64,000 nt of DNA, taken from positions 14,136,001 through 14,200,000 of the forward strand of contig CP075494.1 in NCBI GenBank assembly GCA_021613535.1. Reading direction: 5' to 3'. The notes beneath the pieces were generated by a model that was not told the DNA's origin, ran no database searches, and saw nothing but the letters and a program-made list of their open reading frames with translations. How positions within the stretch are numbered: the stretch's first letter is position 1; every line of letters starts with the position of its first letter. The DNA comes from Adineta vaga. Lineage: Eukaryota; Animalia; Rotifera. Below, piece after piece: positions 24,700-37,218 of the stretch. Both the position numbers and the translations under genes were made by a program.

Positions 24700-26300
24700 G
24701 AAGAAAAAAACAAAAGCTTTTTTTTTTCATTGTCTATTTTGAAAGAAAACTAATAAATCACACGGAAAAAGTTATTTAAGATAAAGGTCACTGAGTGACA
24801 TTCTTTTTGTATATAATATTTTATATTTCATCCTAAATCTAAAAGGTCAGATATAATAGTATTTCTTACGTGAATTTTTCAAATAAAAAAGAACTTTTTT
24901 TTTGTTGTTAATTGAATAGATATCAAATTTCTCCAACCTTTTGTTGTTTTCTCATCAAGATCATTTTCGAATTTCTATTTTCAATTGTCAAGAAACTCGT
25001 TATTAGCTATTGCATTCATTTGTAACCATGCAGAAAATGATAGAAATAGAAATATCAATGAATGCATCGTTTCTATTTTAGTTCCTCGTGATTAACTCGA
25101 TATGTATATATATATATATACATTAGAGAAACGGATTCTTCAATGAATTTTCTATATACATTTGTGTTAAGAAAAGTTGTGTAAGTGTTTTATTTATATG
25201 ACAATAGTCTTAGATATTAAATGAAATGATTGTTTAAAAATGTAGAATAAGTTTGAGGATAAACTTCATTTCTTTCTCTTGTAATTAACATTTTCTTAGT
25301 CAATTATCTATATTATCATCAAGATAAACAAAATACAATCTGGATTTGATTGTTGTATGAAGATGTAAGGTCATTGTTTCTTTGTGAATCAGATTTCTAT
25401 GTCGTATATTTAGTATGGATAAATATATTCTAATGAAAAACGACATTCGACAACAACCAGATGTTGACTGATTTATCCGGGCGACGAAAAAAAAAGAAAT
25501 CAATGAATCATTATTAAATAACTAACGTTTTAACATTGTTTCTGTCATCTATGTTAGAGTATTATATATCTTATTCTTACTTACATATCAATCTTATTCG
25601 AGATTCTCGAAGAAAATTAATTATATATCAAGATTCTATTGATAATATGATTGATAAAACACGATAAGAGTTGTCTTTGAAAAGATGAAGTCAATTATTT
25701 CATAGTGGATAGAATTTCTCTTTTGTTTTTAGTTGTTCCCATGAGTGATAATGAATGGCTATTCGTATTTGAAATTATTATTTCTTTTTTTTCTTGTATT
25801 CAAAGACAAATCATTTGTTCCATCAGTATTGACAGCTATGAGAGGAGAAAAGAAAGATGATTAGATTTTCTTGTATTTATTATTATTTTTCATTTTATAT
25901 GATAAAACAAGTAAGTTTTGATGAATTGTTTCTTTCGAGCATGTAATAAGAAGATTTGTTGGAAAACGTTATTCTATGTTTCAATGATTTTCATTAAATA
26001 AAACTTCAGTTTGATATCTAAATCATTGGGATTCATCGATATTCTCTGGAGAAAAATCTGTATGAATAATAATTAAAAAGAAAATGTTTTCTCGAACGAG
26101 TGATTCCGATCTATGTTCACTCCTTTGTTAGACAATTTCCTATTTACTTCGCCTCCGGAATCGTTCCCACACATTTTTTTCTCTCTTCTCTCCTCCTTTT
26201 CATTATTGTATTTTGTATTTTTACCAACAATAACTAACATTCTTTTCATATTAATTATGAATATAATTCTAGAGCGATTTTCTTTTTCTTTATTTATATA

Positions 26301-27649
26301 ATGAATATCACAAATATTCATTCGGTTTATGTTTTGGGTAATAAATACAGTAATATGAATCAATCATCGATACAAATCTTTGATGATAGAGCAATGCGTA
26401 TTGAAATCACTGAATTTATTCGTCAAGTTAATTATTGGTTAATGATTAGTGAATTGATTATGGTCATATGTGGTATATGTGGTAATGGTATGGCATTAAT
26501 TGTTATTAATCGTCGTTCATTACGTGATACATCATCAAGTGTATTTATAACATATTTAGCAATTTTTGATTCATCCGTATTGATTGTTCATATAACAAGT
26601 TTAATAACATTACATTCAATACAATCGTATATATTACATTGTTTATTTACTTATTTAACTGATTTTGTAACATTTACAAGTGTATGGATTATGGTTATAA
26701 TGACAATTGAACGTTGTATTGCAGTACATTCACCATTTCTAGCAAAACGTTTTTGTACAGTTCAACGTGCTCGTTATTCAATTTATAGTTTAATTCTTTT
26801 TGCATTGGTTTTCTTTTCCGTTACATTTCCAGTGATTTATACCATCGATGACATACAGAATAAATGTATTGTTCGTCAACAATATCAAACAATTCTACGA
26901 ATTGTAAAACCAACAATATTTTATTTTGTACCTGATCTCATTTTATTAGTTAATGTATTTATTATCTATGAATTATTCATGGCACGACGTAATCGAACAC
27001 AAACATTGATTAATCCTGAAAATGCAATACATCAAATCAATGCAGCTTCATTTAATCGAAAACAACAACAATTAACGATTATGTTAGTAACAGTTTCATT
27101 AAGTTTTTATCTCTTTACAACGCCAGCTATTATCGATTATATTCGTCAACGATATCCACCCAATTATCGTGATGTTAAACGGTTAAAAATGAGATTTTTA
27201 CGAACGAATTTAACTGTTCTTTGGTTACAGATGAGTTCAGCAGTAGGTCAACCTTGTTCTTTTTTTTTTTATAAAACATCGTTTATTGATTTCTTTTCTT
27301 TTTATTCTAGACAAATTTCCTGTTCTATTGTGTATCGGGTTCAAAATTTCGTGCAACTTGTATTGAAACACTCGACGATGTTTATTATTACATTCGAATT
27401 AAATTTGATGAAGATTATCAACGAAAACGATCACCTAATCGTATGCGAACAAGTTCAAATTTTGGTTTAGAGATGCGTAACGGTCTTTCCTATGATCGTC
27501 GAGATACACGTCGATCTACATCGATTCAACAAACATTTACTTATCCATTAAGTAACTCATCAAAACGACCTAGTTGTGATACAATGATTGGTTCACAAAT
27601 AAATAGTCGACGTACATCAAGATGTGTTATTAATGTGCAAGAAATTTAA
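26301..27649 (+). CDS. Class A peptide-type GPCR (1 intron near 27244-27310)
   Basis: GICGN (TM1), YLAIFD (TM2), TIERCIAV (TM3), FYLFTTP (TM6), NFLFYCVSGSKFR (TM7/H8 after the splice). Confidence 0.88.
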
Positions 27650-27870
27650 TATTGAAATTTATTGTAAATACAAATGATGTCTTCTCGAATCTACCGTAGA
27701 TTAATAAAAACTAATATAAAAAGAAAACAAAGCGTGACAAATAGAGAGAGAAAAAAAACGACGGAATATTGATTAGTAAAAGAAGTATTTATACATAAAG
27801 AAAAAACCAGATGAAGCATATCTCAGATCTATCTGTACATGGAATGTAGTGATTATTCTAAACTTTGATT

Positions 27871-28998
27871 TTAAACGACATAATTATTTCCTTGATTATT
27901 ATTTGTACCATTAGCACGTCGTATGAAAGCTTCTTCACCGTCAGATGGTTCATCAGCTCGACGAATGAATGCTTCTTCTGGTATTGAACCATCGGCACGA
28001 CGTATAAATGCATGATCATCATCATCCGTTTTTCGGATGAAGGGTTGTTCACCATTTGTAGCTTTTCGTGTGAATGCAGGTTCATCTTTTTCGCCATGAC
28101 GAACAAATGGTTGATTTGGATTTCCAACATGACGAATAAATGTCTTTTCATTATTATATTTCTTCGCTTCAGTAATAAAATAAATTTCAAACAGAACAAA
28201 ACCAACTAGAAGAAAGAAACTTTCTTGTTTTTCTACTGAACTTATTCATTTCAATAATATCTTACCGGTAAAAAATGACGAAATCATTGCAGCTAAAGTA
28301 CAAATATAAGACCATGATAGAAATGTATAATCAGCTCGTGGCATCCATTTTCCTGGAATAGCATCAGCATAGATGCCAAAAATTAAAATTGTCAAAAAAT
28401 TGAAAAACCCTACAACGAAATAAACATCATTTGTATGTTCTATAAGAGAAAAGTTTCACTTACAAGCACATGCACCTAACACACAACCAACAAGCATTGA
28501 TCGACGTGATAAACGATATCGTGTTATAGCAACAATAATCAATGCAGCACAGCAAAGAATATTAAATATTAAACCAAAACATGCAAATGTTTGAACAGCA
28601 ATAAACCATGCTGAAGAACAAATTTATGAAATTCTTACATGAATAGAATGGTCATTCCAGCATACCTGGTGTTAATATCCCATCACTACGTAAACCGTTA
28701 TATTCACGGGCAAATAACCACCAACATCCATAATAAACTTTTCCCCAATAATTTTTCGGATTACGAAAACCAGCAATACATACTTGCCAAAGTCCTAATT
28801 TACGAAATGTTGTATCACCAACACTAAAATCAAAGAAAACAAGTGTTAAAAAAGAACAAAATTAAGATATGTAATTTTCTACCGTGGCCATATTTGAATC
28901 CAATATGGTGTTGAGAAACCAAGCAGATTACAAACTAATGAAAATATCGTGAAAAACAACGCACTTCCCATCCATAGTTTTTCCGAACGTTTCAACAT
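27871..28998 (-). CDS. Invertebrate claudin (pickel/kune/sinuous-like), 5 exons
   Basis: FSTPYWIQ, LGLWQVC, GCWW, PAWFIAVQTF and WMPRADYTFLSWSY; ends NYVV (PDZ-binding-like). The ORF track shows only wrong-frame ORFs here. Confidence 0.85.
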
Positions 28999-30303
28999 GT
29001 TGATCTAAAACAATGATATTCTGATAAAATTCGCGATGAATTTTCATAAAATCTTTCGCATCAATAACTAATGAACAACGATCACCGTACATCACAACAA
29101 CAACAAAAAACTGAAAAAAAAATAATAATACATTCGATTCTCTTTTCTATTGAGCTTTTTTTGTGAATTTCTCCTTGGTTACGAGTGCTTCATATTTGCT
29201 TTTGCTTTTAAACCAAAGAAAAAATGGAAATACAACACATGGACTAGCCATAGCTGTAAAAAGTATCCAATCAATCTAAATCATCATAGAATACGTTTTT
29301 ATTCGAGAAAAAACTATATCATCATTTCTTACAATATGTGATGAAAATCGTCGATCATATTCTCGACTTGTCATTATATAAACATCACCATATTCCGATG
29401 AATATGTTTTCTATAAACAATTGAAAACAAAAAAAGAGAAATTTCACATTTATTATACATTTGAATATTCTTACTTGAACTTCGCTATTCTTTTCACTCT
29501 TTTGATAAGTTATAACTGCATGTGTACTGTTACTAATACCACTTTGTTTAGGTTTAACAACAACAATATGTGTTAAATTTGTTCCTCTAAATAAAATAAA
29601 ATTCAATTTTGCTGTTCGAAAGACAATGATCAAATGATATTTACGCGTTAATTCGTTCCCATTTGGGATTTAATGTACCAACGAGTAATTCATATTGATC
29701 TTTTGGAAAACTATGAATATCATTTAAATTAATATTGTAAACTGTTCTAAAATACAGGAAAGAAATGTCTTTTTTTTATTGAAATTTTTCTTTTACGTTG
29801 GTCCGGAATTGTATAAAGCATATTTAATAGTTAACTCCTTATCTTGGACAAAAAAACGATTGACCGTTTGTTTTGTTACAAATAAGAAAGATTCTTCATC
29901 ATCTGTTTGACTGAATACAGCAGATATAATTGTCAAAACGAGTAACGATGTTCTGAAGAACATTATGATTGAAGAACTGTTAAAATATTGAAGGACAAAG
30001 TGACTGATCGTTATTAAAAAAAAGTTTACTTCAACAACGTAAACAAAATATCTATGGTTGATAAATACAAATATGTTTAAATTTTGAAAAAAAAAGAAAA
30101 AATTAAATTAAATATTTTTCATAAAAAAATAAACTTTTTAAAACATTTTTATTCTGATAGATGTCGCTGTGAAATAATCGTTACTTTCAATGTGAAATTT
30201 TCATTTGATTGTATCGTCTGTCAACTTAAAACTCAGGTCGATTCTTCAATTATTATTATTATTATTAATAATCAAAGTCGAAAGTATCATACGAACAGAA
30301 TCG

Positions 30304-31404
30304 ATGAACTCACTTTCAAACATTAGAAAAGCATCAACATCATCAGATTATTTAAATAAAGAACAAATTGGAAATAGTCTCAAATCAGCCGGTTTAATAT
30401 GTTTAGTATGTGGTGCTCCTGCCAGTGGTTTTAATTTTTCCGTTATAACATGTATGTGTTGTAAAGCATTTTTTCGTCGTAATGCTTTGTGCGGTTTGAA
30501 ATCTTATCAATGTCGATATTCCAATGAACAATGTTCAATAAATCGTATAACACGTCGTGATTGTTCATATTGTCGTTTAAAAAAATGTTTTCAAGTTGGA
30601 ATGAAAAAAGAATCGATACTTACAGATGATATGAAACGAATTAAACAGGAAAAACTCTCTGCTAATCGACAATTAACTGTAAATTTATTATTACAAAAGA
30701 ATTATTTAAATGAAAATGATTCGATTCATTTAAGAAATATATCGAATATTTATGAAGAATATTGTCGTTCATCTATTATGTCCTATGAAAAACATGAATA
30801 TGAATTTGTTTGTCATCAACCAATTAAAAGTCGATTTAAAATTCAATATTATTTTGAATCATTTCAAAAACATAATCTATCATTAAATAATTTTTATCTA
30901 CGTTTACCTGAATTACAACAATTTTCCGATGATGAACAAAACTTATTACTTCAAAATAATACACGATTTCTAATGCGATTGAATTCAGTTGAAACTCGTA
31001 ATGATTCATTTCCATTATGGGGTGCAGTGAATCGTCTAGTTGAGATTATGTATGGGAAATCTCTTGTAGAAGATGTCGATCAATGTTTATATCAATTTAA
31101 ACATCATCTTAACGACTCTCAATGTACACAATTGATTTTAATCATTTTACTTTTTTCAACATCAATTAAGTATCATGGAAATCTAAATACTTTAACTATC
31201 TATAGAATTCAAGAGAAATATACGACACTATTATGGTCATATTTAGAAAAACGTCATGGATATGCAATTGCTTGTCAAAAATTCTCTTTGATTATTCGTT
31301 ATTGTCTTCGATTACAAATGATTAGCCATTCAATGGAAGTTAAGTTGCAAGATGTACAATGGCAAGAGAATTTTCTTTCTCTAGAACAAATAAATAGAGA
31401 TTGA
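30304..31404 (+). CDS. Nuclear hormone receptor, NR1I/NR1J-like (intronless CDS)
   Basis: C4 zinc fingers CLVCGAPASGFNFSVITCMCCKAFFRRNA...CSYCRLKKCFQVGM; LBD signature LPELQQFSDDEQNLLL. Confidence 0.9.
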   Translation: MNSLSNIRKASTSSDYLNKEQIGNSLKSAGLICLVCGAPASGFNFSVITCMCCKAFFRRNALCGLKSYQCRYSNEQCSINRITRRDCSYCRLKKCFQVGMKKESILTDDMKRIKQEKLSANRQLTVNLLLQKNYLNENDSIHLRNISNIYEEYCRSSIMSYEKHEYEFVCHQPIKSRFKIQYYFESFQKHNLSLNNFYLRLPELQQFSDDEQNLLLQNNTRFLMRLNSVETRNDSFPLWGAVNRLVEIMYGKSLVEDVDQCLYQFKHHLNDSQCTQLILIILLFSTSIKYHGNLNTLTIYRIQEKYTTLLWSYLEKRHGYAIACQKFSLIIRYCLRLQMISHSMEVKLQDVQWQENFLSLEQINRD

Positions 31405-31739
31405 ACCGGAAATTATTCTTATTTGTTTGAATCCTTTTTTTTCTCGATGGTGATAAAATCTTTTTTATTTTTCAGATATGAATAAACTTGACTAAACCAT
31501 ATGTTCTCTATCATATATCATCTGTAGAATTAATTAACAGATTAGAATATTTAATAGAATGATTATCGTGTATGTGTATTCTGAAAGACTAACTACTAAT
31601 ATCTGTTGATGATATTTATGTTTGTTTGCATCTATCAGCTGAAATTGTTTTCTCTTCTTTTTTTAGTTTTCAGATGAATTTTTTTCACTTTATTTAAATA
31701 TAGCAAAATAAGTTTTGTATTTAGTTTTCATATGATTTT

Positions 31740-33678
31740 ATGAATGCCTTGTGTGCATTACATCATTTCTGTGATTTACACGGTCCACAAACATTAGTCT
31801 GCACTGAAGGAAGAACATATATTCATGATTTTAATGATAATGATAATGAAGATTTAAAAACTTATTATTCACGATACATCAATGCAGAACATGTACAAGA
31901 AAAAGCACAGTGTAAAGTAAGAAATATCGATATGTGATTTTCGAATGAATAAAACTATTCTATTTAGTCATGTACATTATCAAATGAGAGAGTTCTTCTT
32001 ACAACAGTTGATTATTCACATCATATGCAATATATTTCATCTTCATCAATACCAAATGCAGAAACATTTAAAAATATTCGTCAAACTTGTATAAGAAGTT
32101 TAACGAGCGAAGTAATATTATATATTTGATACGTAATTGAATTGATTCATTGTGTTGTTTTGTATTCAAATAGAAACCAATTGAAAATGATCATCCAGTT
32201 TTATTTGGTGACGATGAAGATGGTTATTGTTTATCATTTAATTTTGTTTGTAAAGATTTCTATGCACGTGGAAGTCAACGTCGTTATTCATTATGTTATT
32301 TATATCATGATAAATATCATCTTCTTTCTCTAGTGAATTTCATTAATAAATGTATGAAACAAATTATTTATTGGTTACAATATGATGCCAATCAAACGTA
32401 TGATGAAGAAGGAAAGATTAAAGTAACTACGAAAGTGAATGGAATTATAGAAGCGAGTTATATATGTCGTACATTACCTTGTCAATCGACAGATCGAATG
32501 TTGTGTGATATTGTTCGTGATTCAAAGTTAATCTATCGTATTCATTCTTTATTTGTTTGGATTCTTCGAACTACAAATTCAGCTATTCAAGAATCACTTT
32601 TTGAAGCGTTACCAACAGAAGAACGGAGAGGTAAATGAAGTTTTTAAAGAAATGACATAGACGAATATTGTTCTTATGTGTAAATTTAGATATGATTGAA
32701 AGTCAATCTGAAACGATAAATGAATCAACTACAACAACGGACAATTATCATTATCTTGAAAGTAGTTTAAATAACGATGAAGATGATTATGATTCATTAG
32801 AATATCATTTTTCATCCTACGGTCATCAAGCATTACGATTATTTGATAGTTTCATTAAAAAATTGAATAATATCGATGATTTACAGTACATACTTTTTCA
32901 TTGGTTAATTGGCAATCAATTAATTATCAAATATGAAAATCGAACTGAAAATAAAGATTATATTCGAGCATTTGCTAGTGTCTTCCGAGTAAGAACGAAA
33001 GAAGAGAAAAAGTATCGATTTTCTTTTTATATTGAAGTTACTTTTACCTGATAGTTGTTGTCATCTAATCGAAACAATCAATCCAATAGCATCATGTACA
33101 GCGAATCTTATTCTATTCGATTTGAATACATTAGAAACAACAACAGACAATTATCCATCGAGTATTGATAAATACTCGATTACAATTCGAATCATTCTTG
33201 ATTCAAGTAATGAACATATTCAATCAGCAGAATTAGAAACACGACCATGGTTGAAACTAGATTTGAACCGTTAGTTTAATTTTAATAGGAAATGAGAAAA
33301 TTCTTTTATTTTATAGTACCAACTTATGTGAAATCTGTCGTTGAATTATTAACGAATAATAATATCGATGATGAAACTTTGGAAGCAATTATTATACAGG
33401 AAAAGAACAAGTATCTAAAGTAAGATTAATGAAAATATTTGAAGTAATCGTTGACTTTGTTCTTTGTTTTTAGTAAAGCAAAACTTTATTTTCAACTTGG
33501 TCGTTGTCAAATAGCATCGATGTTATCATTGAATGAACGTCAACAAATGAATCTATTGAAATTAACGAATCCAAATGATTTATTAATTATTCGTTTTTGG
33601 CAAAAAGGACTTTCACAAGCATATAAAACACAAATTCGTATGCTTAAACAAGACGATATTCAACAACGAAATATTTAA
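31740..33678 (+). CDS. FLCN: Folliculin
   Basis: MNALCALHHFCDLHGPQTLVCTE, IRQTCIRSLTSE, PVLFGDDEDGY, KDFYARGSQRRYSL, LIGNQLII and FWQKGLSQAYK. Confidence 0.9.
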
Positions 33679-34284
33679 AATCAATAAAAGTGATAATAAA
33701 GAATCTCTCTTAATATTACTCGCATAGTTATTTTATTTTATTTTTACGAAAATAATATTCATCTCGTATTTATTTTCAAATTTAAGCGTGCTGTTTTTGT
33801 ACACTATAATTCTTTTATATTAGACCTGTCTTTCGCTTCGCTGTGTTCTCCTTGTATTATGATGAACAAAACTATTCGTATATACTGTAGATATAATAAA
33901 AATACATTCATTTTCTTATTAATCTATTTATGCATTCTTATTCAAACTAATACTGAATATTCAATGAATGATCATGAAATGTCGCTAAGTCGAATCAGAA
34001 GTTAATCACCGTAGTCTTTGCTGAAAAGAAGATATACGATGGTTTTTTCACGCTTTTGCTCGATATATTCTATTAACGACCACTGTTGTCTTACGAATGA
34101 TAAGCAATTAGATATATCATAATATTTTAGGTTTGTTTCAAAGTATGAAACGAGGGTTTTTATCTGTAATAATACGTATTTCCGAACACAAAATTAATCA
34201 TATGTTTTTGAGTACTTACCTGTACAGCTAACTGATATTTTTCGTATTAGGTAACCATACGAATAAACACACACACACACACAT

Positions 34285-35280
34285 ATGACTTCAATACCTG
34301 ACAATAATATTACGTTAATGAATGATTGGTTTCAGGTTTTAAATAATAAAGTTGTGTTTATCGCGGGTGCTGCTGGTGGCATTGGCTCAGCTATTTGCCG
34401 AACTTGTGTATTACAAGGTGCTCGTGTAGTTATTACTGATATTGATAAAGCAGCGGGAGATAAGCTTTTGACAAAAATTTGTGAAGAAAATGGTCAAAAA
34501 ATAAATCATGTAATAAGTTTGCAACTTGATATTACCGATGAACAAGCAATTCAACAAGCAGTACAAACGGCAATTGATAAATGGGGAACAATTGATGTTC
34601 TTATAAATGCGTAAGTATTACAAAATTGCGTAGGAAACAATCAGATGATTAACTTAGAAGTATCTTTGTTGAATTTGTGCTAGAAAACGGATCCTTTTTT
34701 TTCTTTTAATTAGGGCTGCTATTTTTGTTTTTGGTCAAATAGAACATATTTCAGCTGATGATTGGTCACGAAACTTTGATGTTAATGTTCGCGGTTATGC
34801 TCTGTTAGTTAAATATATTGCACCAATTATGAAAAAACAACGATCAGGTTCTATTATTCAGTTTGGTAGCATTAGTGGTGTCATTGCTCAAGTACCTTTT
34901 CTTCCATATGGTGCTGGTAAAGCTGCCGTCATACAAATGACGAAGAATCTAGCAGTAGATCTTGGTGCATTTAATATTCGATGTAATGCAATATCTCCTG
35001 GTTTAGTTGGTACGTTATTTGCTAATTGATTTCTTTTTTTTTTATGAAAGTTAATCTATAAATTTTCATTGTTGTAGTTACACCACCAGTCGTTGCTTTA
35101 GCAACTTCAACTGGTCTTTCAATTGAAGAGTTTAGTCACAATATTGTGAAAGATCAATGTCTAAAACGATCAGCTTCATCACAGGAAATAGCAAATTTAG
35201 TTGTTTTTCTTGCTTCGGATCTATGTCCATTTATCACTGGTACGAATATTATTGCAGATGGTGGTTATACCGTAGTCTAA
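34285..35280 (+). CDS. Classical short-chain dehydrogenase/reductase (3 exons)
   Basis: [15 protein letters not shown], catalytic S and [27 protein letters not shown]. Confidence 0.92.
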
Positions 35281-35865
35281 AGATCTTGTTCTTCTCCAAT
35301 AGAAAAAGAACACTGGTTGGTCTAAAATAAAACGATATTGAGAAAAATACAATAAAGAAACATATTATTACGCAACCATATCTTTCTTTTTTTATTTAAT
35401 CCGAGATAGTACACTATATCCATAAAATAGTAGATTCTTTCTCGAAATTTAATCTACTAAACACACATTGCAATTCATTCTTATGGAAATCAATGATAAC
35501 TAAATAAAAACTTTTGAAAATGAGGATGTACGTATCGCTATGATTATAGACAAGAAATTTTTATACTCATCATTACTGTTGTCTCAGATCCATCCTACAT
35601 CCTCTGTCAGTGTGCTCAGCTAATATAATAACTGGGTACAATCTTCGTGCTTACGTAAAACATGACATAGATTGCTCCACATGACTTTTATTCAATGAAC
35701 CATAAAGAATTTCTTTTATTTATTAATAAAATAGGTCAGAATTTAAGACAAATAATTTCAAATATATCTCTTCTTTCAAGAAACTGTGTAACATAGTATG
35801 AATATATACATAATGAAGAGTTTTTAATCAAAAATAGATCTACAGGAGAAATATTCTACAAGATA

Positions 35866-37218
35866 TTAAGTTTTTAAGAAAGTTTTTAATGCAAATTGTT
35901 TGGTTGTGTTTGTTTCACGAAGATAATCTTCTTTGAAACGATTTCGAAACATATTTGATGATAAATAATAGAAAATTAAATTCACTGAATGAGTTATAAG
36001 CAATGGAACAATGGAAAAATAATTCATTGCTTGCCAGAAATTTCTCACTTGATCATTATCATTATATGTTTGAATCATTATCGTCGATATACAATTTGGT
36101 AATGTACAGAAAATAAAACTAATCGATATTGCTAATAAACTAATAGTAATTTGTAATTGAATACATAATTTTTGAGAATGTGTCGGTGAAGATGATAGAA
36201 ATCGATGAGAAAATGTACGTTTATGATGAATTGGTTGATTCAATAAAGAAGGTAATTGATCAACTGGATTGAGAGTTTCTTCGCGATCTAATGAAAGATT
36301 TTCAGAACGATAGTTTCGACATTTGTCTATTGATCAAGAAACAAAGCAAAATATTGATGATGACAAGAAGAAAAACTTACGATCCGAATCGTGAATTTCA
36401 TTGATAATTTGATTATGATTGATTGTAACAAATACTTGATGTTTATCTTCTTGTTTTTCATATGTTGATGGTGAATAACATGGAGGCGAATTGATTATCG
36501 TTTGTTCATTTGGATTATTAATAATTTTCATCGGTTTTTTTATCGAATATTTTTTCTTTAAATTCGATTTATTTTGACAAACACTGATAACAATAAAAAC
36601 ATTACAAATAGCAATGATTGTAAATGGAATAATTGAATAAGATAATAAATAAACAACATTTAAATATGAATAAATCCTATCATACCATATATAATGTTTT
36701 TTTGTACAAAAACCATTATCGATCGTATAACCAATTAAATAATGACTATTGATTAATGATAACATTAAAATAACACATATACAAACATATTTTGAGATAT
36801 TTGTTGTACAACTATAACGATAAAGATATAAGCATGTTGTTGCAAGAAGACGATCAATCGATAAACAAGCTAATAGACCAGCTGATATTTGACAAGATAA
36901 ATAATTGAGAAAAACGATTAATTTACATGAAATTATATTGATATTCATAATATAGATTTGAAATGTTATTAAAAAGATTAATGGTGCTGTAACAAGTACA
37001 TAAATTGTATCGAATATTGCAATAAAAATGAAATACCATTTCGATGATGAACGATGATAAATTGGAGATTGAAATATAGATATACAAATCCAATTAGCAA
37101 TGGGACATAGAACAATTAGAAGAGGACAAACAATTCGTATAGGCCATAGAGAAAATTGAAGAAGCCATGTCATCGAATCCGATGTTACGTTTGTAGAATT
37201 ATTATAAAATGTTGTCAT
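35866..37218 (-). CDS. Class A GPCR (2 exons)
   Basis: FIAIFD, LSIDRLLA, IIPF..I.ICN, FIFCTLP and HSVNLIFYYLSSNMFRNRF. Confidence 0.88.

Noticed and set aside
27900-28145. FIRR repeats as an RFamide-like neuropeptide precursor
   Set aside because: No Gly amidation signal and no signal peptide; the repeats lie in the cytoplasmic tail of a four-TM protein.
27858-28209. ORF-track proteins 27858-28205 and 28012-28209
   Set aside because: Wrong frames; the real frame is the spliced claudin last exon.
35428-35458. 9-bp inverted repeat TAGTAGATT/AATCTACTA
   Set aside because: Short and AT-rich; expected by chance in this composition.
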